Program-made: the position numbers and the translations under genes | Notes under the pieces: model-generated | What the model saw: the letters and a program-made list of their open reading frames with translations, nothing else | Database searches by the model: none | What the model was told of the DNA's origin: nothing | In this document: one piece after another, positions 7,939 through 15,300 of the stretch | How the letters are laid out: every line of letters begins with the position of its first letter | How positions within the stretch are numbered: the first letter of the stretch is position 1 | Origin: Acaryochloris marina S15 | Lineage (GTDB): Bacteria > Cyanobacteriota > Cyanobacteriia > Thermosynechococcales > Thermosynechococcaceae | Assembly: GCF_018336915.1 (NCBI RefSeq) | Contig: NZ_CP064923.1 | Span: forward strand, 456,567 to 480,566 | Direction of reading: 5' to 3' | Length of the DNA: 24,000 nucleotides

Positions 7939-7954
7939 TGTGATTTATATCACG
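7939..7954 (+). promoter_or_regulatory. CRP/NtcA-family binding-site candidate TGTGA-N6-TCACG (GTG-N8-CAC) with a -10-like TACGAT 22 nt downstream
   Basis: Sequence is ctgTGTGATTTATATCACGcc. TACGAT (TAN3T form) lies at 7976-7981, exactly 22 nt after the CAC, which is the class II/NtcA-type promoter geometry. It points toward cpdA (ATG 8179). Confidence 0.4.
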
Positions 7955-8178
7955 CCAATCACTGGATTAGAACATTACGATCGGGCTCATGCCTAGATAG
8001 GCTGGAGAACATAACCTGAGAAATATCCTATCAAGATTGGGCATGCTCATGAGTAAGAGAAAGCAACAATCATGGGGGCAGGAGTTTTTCGATCTAGCTG
8101 ATTTGTCACTATCTAATCAGTTATCCTTTAGGTACAGCTAGCAAGGATCTTTTTTGGCTTCTAACTACTAGTAACGGA

Positions 8179-8976
8179 ATGGAAAAAACTTCACCTCTAT
8201 TGATTGCTCAATTGTCGGACTTGCATTTATTTGCAAATCCCGATCGTGATCTATTGGGGTTGAATACTTTTTCTTCTTTAGAAGCGGTCTTACAGAAATT
8301 AAAACGACTTCCTGTACTCCCGGATCAGCTCTTGCTGACGGGAGATTTAGCACAGGATGAAACCCATATCGCCTATCAACAGATCCAAGCCTTAATTGCC
8401 CCCTTGCAGATTCCGACCTACTGGCTGCCAGGGAATCACGACCATCTGCCCACCATGAAGGCTACCTTTACGGAGCCTGTTTTTCAGGCCCACAAATCCT
8501 ATCAAATGGGAAATTGGCACTTTTTGCTCTTAGACTCCAGCGTTCCTGGGAAAGTCTATGGAGAGTTGTCAGTAGAGAGTTTAAATTGGCTCAATCAAGA
8601 ACTAGAGCAGTGCGATCCCCATCCCACGCTGATTGCCCTTCATCATCCACCTTTTTCAATTAAATCGGATTGGCTGGATCAAATTGGCCTCCAAAACTCT
8701 GGCGATTTATTTGCCATCCTCGATAGACATCCCCACGTCAAACTTGTGGTATTTGGTCATATTCATCAGCAGTTTGAACATCAGCGCCATAATATCCATT
8801 ACCTCAGCACGCCATCGACCTGTATTCAATTTGCACCTCACAGTAAAACCTTTGCCCTAGATCAAGCACAGCCAGGATTTAGACTTTTTCAGTTACAGGG
8901 TGATGGCTCCTTTGAAACTGAAATTCACCGCGTTATATTTTCTCAAACATTAGATTTTTCTGCCAAGGGATATTAA
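8179..8976 (+). CDS. cpdA: 3',5'-cyclic-nucleotide phosphodiesterase, class III metallophosphoesterase (CpdA/Icc type)
   Basis: Ordered metallophosphoesterase motifs are present: SDLHL, TGDLAQD, LPGNHD, ALHHPP, FGHIHQ. Size is 265 aa. Confidence 0.85.
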   Translation: MEKTSPLLIAQLSDLHLFANPDRDLLGLNTFSSLEAVLQKLKRLPVLPDQLLLTGDLAQDETHIAYQQIQALIAPLQIPTYWLPGNHDHLPTMKATFTEPVFQAHKSYQMGNWHFLLLDSSVPGKVYGELSVESLNWLNQELEQCDPHPTLIALHHPPFSIKSDWLDQIGLQNSGDLFAILDRHPHVKLVVFGHIHQQFEHQRHNIHYLSTPSTCIQFAPHSKTFALDQAQPGFRLFQLQGDGSFETEIHRVIFSQTLDFSAKGY

Positions 8977-9067
8977 GGTTTTGTTGTTAATTTCATTCCT
9001 ACACCCGTCTTTCAGTATGCTGCTTATTGGAAGAATACTGAGTCTATAACCGCTCAAATAAACTTAT

Positions 9068-9412
9068 ATGCTAGCGCTGTACATGCTTGGAGCGGGTCTG
9101 ATTTTATCTGGCTTGTTTATCGGTTTGACATGGTTCGGGGGACGGGTGGTTCGCCGCCAAGGACCTAGGTCGGGGTTTGTGGGTGCGGCCTTGATGGTTG
9201 TGCTAGCCCTGCTTCCGTTTGGCTATCTCACAACTTATTTTGGGCGGGCATTTCAAGCCAATGGATGGGCCGAACGAGCCTATCAACTCTGTTTTACCGC
9301 CGCAGTGGCAGTGCCGATGTTGACGGGCTTATGCTGTTCACTCCTCTTACTATGGGCATCCTTCGCAGCCCAGCGCCGTCGGCGGCAGCGGCGAATTCGC
9401 CACCGGGGTTAA
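9068..9412 (+). CDS. Small hypothetical membrane protein (114 aa, about 3 TM segments, Arg-rich C-terminal tail)
   Basis: Hydrophobic segments LGAGLILSGLFIGLTWF, VGAALMVVLALLPFGYL and AVAVPMLTGLCCSLLLLWASF. The tail is QRRRRQRRIRHRG. There is no obvious SD and I recognise no family. Confidence 0.55.
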   Translation: MLALYMLGAGLILSGLFIGLTWFGGRVVRRQGPRSGFVGAALMVVLALLPFGYLTTYFGRAFQANGWAERAYQLCFTAAVAVPMLTGLCCSLLLLWASFAAQRRRRQRRIRHRG

Positions 9413-11739
9413 GGTTGAGTGGTGGAAGCCAACACCCGTTGAATTTGGCAAGGCGCATTCATCGTCGTAAATAGCTGGGTGGCTTGGTGGAACATTGGGT
9501 CGCGATCGCCCATTTGATTCATGGTCTGATACGTCAACCCCAACTGAAAATAAGCTTCTGCCAAGTCACAGGTGGCATTGAGGGGTTTGAGCAGCAAAAT
9601 CGCTTGGTCATGATCCGCCACTGCAGGGGTAAATTTACCTTGAAGCCGGTGAATGACAGCCCGTCCCGTTAAGGTTCGGGCTTGGATATGGGGATAATGG
9701 CTGGCTTCTGCCACGGTTAGGGCCTGGTCAAACAAGGCATGGGCTGAGGGCAGGTCCCCAAGGGCGGTATAGGTTTGGCCCAGGAGCTGCATAAAGTAGG
9801 CCAGTCGGGCGGCTTGCTCTGTTTCTGGTAGGCGTTCTCCCCAGGTTTGGGTGGCTAACTGTTGAGCCTGATCTGTCTTGCCGAGGTGAGTCAGCACGAG
9901 GGCTAAACAAATGGAGGCTTTCGGCACCCAACGATCCTGATCGGTGTGGGTGGCCAGCTCGATCACCTGCTGAAAGCATTGGGCGGACTGCTCTAATTCC
10001 CATAAATCTAGGTAGTACAACCCTAAACTTAAGCGAGAATCGAGGACTTGAATTTGAAAATGACGATGGTGACGAGGATCTAGGTCTGGTGCTGCTAGAG
10101 CCTGGGTAGACAGGCTGAGGGAGTCCTTTTGCAAGGCTATCCCTTGGCGAATCTGGCCCGTGCTCCAATAGTAGTCCGCCAGAATATTTTGGAGTTCGCA
10201 ATAGCTGCGATCGCAAGGCAGATGCGTCATCAACGACGGTAACTCTCCTAGCAAGGACTGGTGTAACCCCATTCGATAGAGACTACTGCCCAGAGACAAA
10301 TACTGCTGCCACTGGTTTTGGCGCACCTGGAGCAGCACTGCTGCTGCCTGGGGATAGTCTTGAATGGCTTTGTAGTGATAAAAGGCTTCTAGGGCCTGCA
10401 GGGCCTCTTGGGTGGTGGTCAGAGTCTGGACGCTGTTGGACCAGTATTGGGCGGCCTGGTGGTGGGCCTGGTGCCAGTCTGGACTGGACTGCAGACGGGC
10501 AATCGCGGCAGCTCGGGTGACGGGATGCAGCCAATATCGACCTTGACGGCACTCTACTAAAGACCGATTTTGTAGAGACATCAGACTGGCTCGTCGTTTG
10601 GTCTCCGGTACTTCCCAGAGCAGGGCCAAGACACCTGCTCGGGGGAGGGTGGCGAGGGTCTGGTACCGATAACAGCCCAACCGACAAAATAACCGATAGG
10701 CCTGGGGGTCCAGGTTTTGGAGACGGTCAATTTGGTTATTGATGAGGTTGTGTAAATCCGCCGCTACCAGTAAATCCTGCTGTTGATCTTGCCAAAAGGC
10801 TGCCGCATCTCCACCAAAGTCGGACCGGATCGACCCGCAGAGCAGGGTCATGGCCTTAGCGTTGCCGCCATAGGCCCGATGCATTTTCTCCAGTAGCTTC
10901 AGATCGAGGGTTAGCTCCTGGAGTTGGAAATACTCCTGCCAAGCCTCTTTGTCTAAGCCTGAGAGGCGATAATGCTGGAGGTTGAGGCTGGCTTCACAAA
11001 TGCGATCGCGGCTCGTAACCAAAGTCAGTCCCAGATTGCGAGGGTCGGTGAGGACTCGAAATAGCTCCACATACCGGCGATGCTCAGCAATGAGCAAGCC
11101 TTGCTGATCTAAAGCGGGCTCCAGATTATCCACCAGAACCCCAATGGGGCGCTGATGGAGATGGCGTTTTAAGCGATCCAGACTAATGCCAAATTCTAGT
11201 CCTGGATCTTCTTGTAAATCTCGCGTTAACCATTCTTCCACCACCCGCTGGGCTGAGGTGATAGTGTCGGGTTCTTTCGCCATCAACAACTCTAGGACGA
11301 TTTCAAAACCCTGGCTCTGGAGATATTGTTGGGCCAAGGTCGTTTTACCCAGCCCTCCTTCCCCTTGGATGGCAATGGCCGTTGCCCCTTGCTGGTTGAG
11401 GTGGTTGAGGTGGCTGATCGCCTGATGTCGCCCCACGAAGTCGGGTCGGTAAGTCTCTATAGGAGGGGAAGAGGAAGCCTCACTCCTATGGTTTGTCAAA
11501 ACATGGCGCAGGTTCTTTTTCGTGATTTTCTCGCCCATGACCTGGGACAAGAGTTTCCACAAATCTGACCCCACATCTTTGGCATGGCCTTCCGTACAGC
11601 CATAGGTATCGGCGATGTCGAAATATTTTTGTCCTAGCCAAACCTGTTTCAGAATTGTTTGCTGTAATTCGCTCAGACCTTCACCCGTTTGGGCAATCAC
11701 AAGCTGTTCAATCTGTCTCAGGGCCTGATCTGCATCCAT
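9409..11739 (-). CDS. STAND NTPase (NB-ARC-like) with N-terminal HTH-like module and C-terminal TPR-like repeats (776 aa)
   Basis: The N-terminus LSELQQTILKQVWLGQKYFDIADTYGCTEGHAKDVGSDLWKLLSQVMGEKITKKNLRHVL is a sigma70-r4/LuxR-like helical module common in cyanobacterial signalling giants. Walker A GEGGLGKTTLAQ, Walker B-like IGVLVDNLEPAL, GxP-like AYGGNAKAMTLL. The C-terminal roughly 350 aa are helical repeats with TPR-like A/Y/L periodicity. Confidence 0.9.
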   Translation of the reverse strand: MDADQALRQIEQLVIAQTGEGLSELQQTILKQVWLGQKYFDIADTYGCTEGHAKDVGSDLWKLLSQVMGEKITKKNLRHVLTNHRSEASSSPPIETYRPDFVGRHQAISHLNHLNQQGATAIAIQGEGGLGKTTLAQQYLQSQGFEIVLELLMAKEPDTITSAQRVVEEWLTRDLQEDPGLEFGISLDRLKRHLHQRPIGVLVDNLEPALDQQGLLIAEHRRYVELFRVLTDPRNLGLTLVTSRDRICEASLNLQHYRLSGLDKEAWQEYFQLQELTLDLKLLEKMHRAYGGNAKAMTLLCGSIRSDFGGDAAAFWQDQQQDLLVAADLHNLINNQIDRLQNLDPQAYRLFCRLGCYRYQTLATLPRAGVLALLWEVPETKRRASLMSLQNRSLVECRQGRYWLHPVTRAAAIARLQSSPDWHQAHHQAAQYWSNSVQTLTTTQEALQALEAFYHYKAIQDYPQAAAVLLQVRQNQWQQYLSLGSSLYRMGLHQSLLGELPSLMTHLPCDRSYCELQNILADYYWSTGQIRQGIALQKDSLSLSTQALAAPDLDPRHHRHFQIQVLDSRLSLGLYYLDLWELEQSAQCFQQVIELATHTDQDRWVPKASICLALVLTHLGKTDQAQQLATQTWGERLPETEQAARLAYFMQLLGQTYTALGDLPSAHALFDQALTVAEASHYPHIQARTLTGRAVIHRLQGKFTPAVADHDQAILLLKPLNATCDLAEAYFQLGLTYQTMNQMGDRDPMFHQATQLFTTMNAPCQIQRVLASTTQP

Positions 11740-11802
11740 GCTTGAGCAAATGGTTTTTCCTTGACCTCTAGTCTAGCCCAGCCCTAACCGGGGATAGATA
11801 GG

Positions 11803-11840
11803 AAAAACCCCACCGGTACTATGGCTAAAAACCGGTGGGG
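11803..11840 (-). terminator. Rho-independent terminator (10-bp GC-rich stem, 13-nt loop, U5 tail on the minus strand)
   Basis: The minus strand reads CCCCACCGGT-TTTTAGCCATAGT-ACCGGTGGGG-TTTTTCC. The stem pairs 11808-11817 with 11831-11840 perfectly. The T-run is 11803-11807. Confidence 0.8.
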
Positions 11841-12279
11841 AAATGGTATCTGCTGTGAAAAAACGAGGGAATGACTCTAGATTCAGTTAGGTATGAACAT
11901 CTTGACTCAACATCAATCGAGCGCCTGGCTTTGCCTGTCTTGGGATTCACCCGCATGCCCGGAATTAAGGCATGCGGGTGAGGCTGTGGCCCACACTGCT
12001 CAAGGATCCAGCTTGAGTAGATATTCGGTCCAGCTCTCCGTGCTGGTTGGCGTAAGCGGAGAAGCAGTCGACAACATGGGGATGAAGGGAATGGCAATCA
12101 GCCGAACCCTCTTGGTGATTGATACCTAAAGAGTAATGGCTGGAGACATCTCCTTATTTATTAGTATTCCAGCCTCAAGTTTGAGAACGCGATGATGCTA
12201 GCGTTTGCCTTGTATAACCTGGGGTATAAGTTTTCTAATATTTGTAAAAAAGGCTAGAACTTCAAAAAAATCACGCCAT

Positions 12280-12939
12280 TTACTCTGCCCATTGGCGAAG
12301 TAGGTTGGCATGGCTTTTGGAAATCAGGTCAAATTCCGGGGTTTTACCGTGGGTGGCGAACAGAGAGCGTCGAGCCGTATCCAAATCAAATAATAGCTCT
12401 CGTTGTTGGGCATTGCGAACCAGACTCTGTACCCATCCCACTGCCACTAAGCGGGTCCCAGAGGTGACCGTTTCGACCCGGTGAATGGTGGAAGAAGGAT
12501 ATGCGATCGCAGATCCAGCTGCCAATTTATAGGTGTGAACCCCATCGGCTAATTCCACGCAAAGTTCTCCCCCTTCATAGTCATCGGGAGAATTGAGAAA
12601 AAGGGTAAAAGAAACATCGGAGCGAGCCCCGCCCATAAAAGCATTATCCACATGGTCCCCGTAGGACATGCCTTCTTGGTAGCGACTAAACAGCAGGGTA
12701 TGCAGGGAACGAGGTTGAAGCGCCACCTTAAATAAAGGATGACGCAGGAGGGCTGACTTCACCCGCTCTTTCAGATCCACAGTGCAATCTGCTTTACCCG
12801 CAAGCTGGGTATTATTTTTGACTAATTTGGCATACCAACCCGCCGTGGTTTTACCATCTACGAATTCTGCTGTTGTCAGCAAATCCGTTATTTCGGCTAA
12901 TGCTTCGGCGGTCAGCACCTCGTCAATCGTCAAGATCAT
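12280..12939 (-). CDS. ybiX: PKHD-type Fe(II)/2-oxoglutarate hydroxylase, YbiX/PiuC family (219 aa)
   Basis: Collinear with my memory of E. coli YbiX: VDGKTTAG...[25 protein letters not shown] (HxD), [25 protein letters not shown] (distal His), WVQSLVRN...[16 protein letters not shown]. The start ATG (12939-12937) overlaps the prfB stop TGA (12938-12936) as ATGA. Confidence 0.9.
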   Translation of the reverse strand: MILTIDEVLTAEALAEITDLLTTAEFVDGKTTAGWYAKLVKNNTQLAGKADCTVDLKERVKSALLRHPLFKVALQPRSLHTLLFSRYQEGMSYGDHVDNAFMGGARSDVSFTLFLNSPDDYEGGELCVELADGVHTYKLAAGSAIAYPSSTIHRVETVTSGTRLVAVGWVQSLVRNAQQRELLFDLDTARRSLFATHGKTPEFDLISKSHANLLRQWAE

Positions 12940-14046
12940 GAGGCGATTTGATTCTCCTGACGCAAGTACGCCTCAATAAAGTTATCCAGGGCACCATCCA
13001 TAACATTCTCAATGGCAGTGGTTTCTTGGTTGGTTCTTAAGTCCTTCACCATTTGGTAGGGATGAAACACATAGTTACGAATCTGGTTGCCCCAGGCTGC
13101 TTCCACTATATCGCCCCGAATATCGGCAATCTCTTTTGCCTTTTGTTCTTGGGCAATTACCAACAGCTTGGCTTTCAGCAATGCCATCGCTTTTTCCTTG
13201 TTTTGCAGTTGCGATCGCTCTTGGGTACAGCGCACCGCTAGTCCCGTTGGCACATGAACAATCCGCACCGCCGTTTCCACTTTGTTGACGTTTTGGCCTC
13301 CCTTGCCTCCAGACCGAGAGGTGGAAATTTCCAAATCGGTATCGGGAATATCGAGTTCCACTTCATGATCGAGTTGGGGCATTATTTCTACCCCGGCAAA
13401 ACTGGTTTGGCGTTTGCCATTGGCATTAAACGGAGAAATGCGGACTAATCGGTGAGTGCCCTTCTCTGCTTTTAAGTAGCCATAGGCATAGCGCCCTTCC
13501 ACTTCCAGGGTTGCTGATTTAATACCCGCTTCATCCCCTTCCGAGAGTTCCGCCAGGCGCACCTTATAGCCTTGGCGTTCTGACCAGCGGGTATACATGC
13601 GCAGCAGCATTTCAGCCCAATCTTGGGCATCCGTCCCACCGGCCCCAGTATTGATCGTCAGGACAGCCCCCACCTTGTCATAGGGACCCGATAGGAGCTG
13701 CTGCAATTCCCATTGATCGAGCTGTTGCGTGAGCTGCTGCAGATTCCCTTCAGCTTCTTTTAAAAGGGCCGTGTCTTCTTCGAGCTGCAGCAATTCGACT
13801 AAAGCTTCGGCATCTTCTAGGGTGCCTTGCCAGTCTTGAAGTTGGGTCAGGTGGGCCTTGAGATCATTGAGATCTTGCAAAACCTTCTGGGCTTTCTCCT
13901 GTTCATCCCAGAACTCCGGCTGAGCCGCTAGTTGTTCAAGATCGTTGATTTGAGCATTGAGGGCAGGCAGGTCAAAGATACTCCTGAGTTTTACCCAGGC
14001 GATCAGATAACTGTTCGACTTCTCGCTTTAGCTCTAACACTTCCAT
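12936..14046 (-). CDS. prfB: Peptide chain release factor 2, with programmed +1 ribosomal frameshift (join 14046..13975, 13973..12936; 369 aa)
   Basis: ORF0 is ATG 14046, [24 protein letters not shown], followed by in-frame TGA. Shifting +1 at CTT TGA C continues [41 protein letters not shown]... into the track ORF 12936-13880. That ORF carries SPF ([16 protein letters not shown]) and GGQ ([15 protein letters not shown]). Confidence 0.95.
13971..13985 (-). promoter_or_regulatory. RF2 autoregulatory +1 frameshift cassette: internal SD AGGAG, 3-nt spacer, CUU UGA C
   Basis: The minus strand reads cAGGAG TAT CTT TGA C. AGGAG is 13985-13981, CTT is 13977-13975 and TGA is 13974-13972. Confidence 0.9.
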
Positions 14047-14274
14047 AGCCAAGTTGTACCCAAAACACATTCATGATTGTAGTGGATTCATCCCGCAGTT
14101 AACCGGAAGCTCGGACCCAGCTCATCCAGATCCCTCCCCACCTTGGCAGCAACCAACGTTTAAGACATGATGAGGGTTAAAGCTTCAGTATCTTTGCCGG
14201 AGCGCTCGTCTTATTTTTCAAGTGATGTTGGCCAGAACCATGACATTCTCTGGTCACCAGGAGTGCAAGTTTCC

Positions 14275-15069
14275 ATGAAAATCATTGGCATCATTCTGAT
14301 TGTTATCAGTATTATTCTGTTTTTCGTCTACTCCAATCTCAAGCGCAAACTAGCCAGTCTGCGCCAAGCTCGACCTGCTAGCGTTGCTGAGCTAAATCAT
14401 TTGGCTAGCGAGATTGCCCTAGAGATGGGTTCGGGTAGTTGGCGAGATTATGTCAAATTGAGGGGCACGATCCAATGTGACCAGCCTCTCGTATCTGAAC
14501 TGAAGCAAGCACCTTGTGTGCATTACCAAATGACGATTGTTCGGGAGTATGAAGAACAGGTCACTGAACGAGACAGTGATGACAATGAGGTCACCAAGAC
14601 CCAACGTGGATCTGAAACACTCTCTCAAAATCGCCAGTCCGTACCGTTTTTCTTGCAAGATGATACCGGTGAAATTTGGGTAGAGCCTGAAGGAGCCCAA
14701 ATTGAAACGGTGCGGGTGTTGGATGAATTTAGTCCAGAACAGCCTTCAGGGGGCCAGCTTTCTTTTGGAGGCTTTTCCCTGGCACTCAGCAGTGTAGAGA
14801 CCGGTCGCCAGACCATCGGCTATCGCTATCAAGAATCGATATTGCCCGTGCAACGTCAGGTGTTCGTGGTGGCCCAGGTGAGCGATTTTAATCAAAGTCT
14901 AGTCCTAGAGAATCCAACTACTAAAGGACAACGGTTTGTCATTTCCCTCAAATCAGAAGAAGCCTTAGCCCAAACCACACAGACCTCTGTTACCTATGCG
15001 CTGTATGGCATGCTTTCTACTCTCGGTGTTGGAGTGCTTCTACTGGTGCTAGGCGTCCTTTCTGCTTAG
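14275..15069 (+). CDS. GIDE-domain membrane protein (TM - GIDE-like domain - TM; bacterial homologue of the MUL1/GIDE core, no RING)
   Basis: N-terminal TM IIGIILIVISIILFFVY and C-terminal TM LSTLGVGVLLLVLGVL. The middle segment YVKLRGTIQCDQPLVSELKQAPCVHYQMTIVREYEE...RQSVPFFLQDDTGEIWVEPEGAQIE matches my memory of bacterial GIDE proteins. I prefer the start at ATG 14275 (AGGAG 11 nt upstream); the track ORF starts at 14167. Confidence 0.72.
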   Translation: MKIIGIILIVISIILFFVYSNLKRKLASLRQARPASVAELNHLASEIALEMGSGSWRDYVKLRGTIQCDQPLVSELKQAPCVHYQMTIVREYEEQVTERDSDDNEVTKTQRGSETLSQNRQSVPFFLQDDTGEIWVEPEGAQIETVRVLDEFSPEQPSGGQLSFGGFSLALSSVETGRQTIGYRYQESILPVQRQVFVVAQVSDFNQSLVLENPTTKGQRFVISLKSEEALAQTTQTSVTYALYGMLSTLGVGVLLLVLGVLSA

Positions 15070-15300
15070 GAAATAGCATTGACTCTTAAGCAACACTTCA
15101 TTATGCAGATTTGGAGGAATAACAGAGAAGGTTATAAGCCTATATCAGACGATAACCGAACGGCACTCAGGAAAGTTTGAGCACCTGCTGTCACAGAATG
15201 CATGGGTAAACCCCTTTTCTGACCAAGCACTTTATGGGTCCAACCTGCTCAATCAATTCGACTAGCAGCCAGTTTTGATAAAAGGTATGGAAACGGGGCC

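Noticed and set aside
9728-10687. Same-strand alternative-frame ORFs (162 aa and 134 aa, Pro/Ser/Arg-rich) inside the STAND-TPR gene.
   Set aside because: They are compositional artefacts of the out-of-frame reading. The main frame carries the recognisable NOD and TPR sequence.
11825-12129. ORFs 11825-12097 (minus, 90 aa) and 11893-12129 (plus, 78 aa) as protein genes.
   Set aside because: The translations are Arg/Cys/Pro-rich and there are no SD sequences. The ORFs overlap each other and coincide with strong RNA hairpins, so the region is treated as non-coding.
11841-12279. Assigning the structured region to a named RNA family (RNase P RNA, tmRNA, SRP RNA, 6S, cobalamin/TPP/ZTP/glutamine riboswitch, tRNA).
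   Set aside because: The conserved cores I remember are absent or occur only as short, wrongly ordered fragments. These include GGAAAGUCCGGGC for RNase P, the tmRNA tag and T-arm, the SRP GGAA-AGCAGC helix, and the B12 box with GCCACUG order. A covariance-model scan is needed.
12936-13880. prfB as a 5'-truncated gene or pseudogene (the track shows only 314 aa from an internal Met).
   Set aside because: The missing N-terminus is present upstream in the 0 frame and is joined by the canonical CUU UGA C +1 frameshift.
14167-14274. A 36-residue N-terminal extension of the GIDE protein.
   Set aside because: ATG 14275 immediately precedes the first TM helix and has AGGAG upstream. The extension is hydrophilic and would be atypical, but 14167 cannot be excluded.
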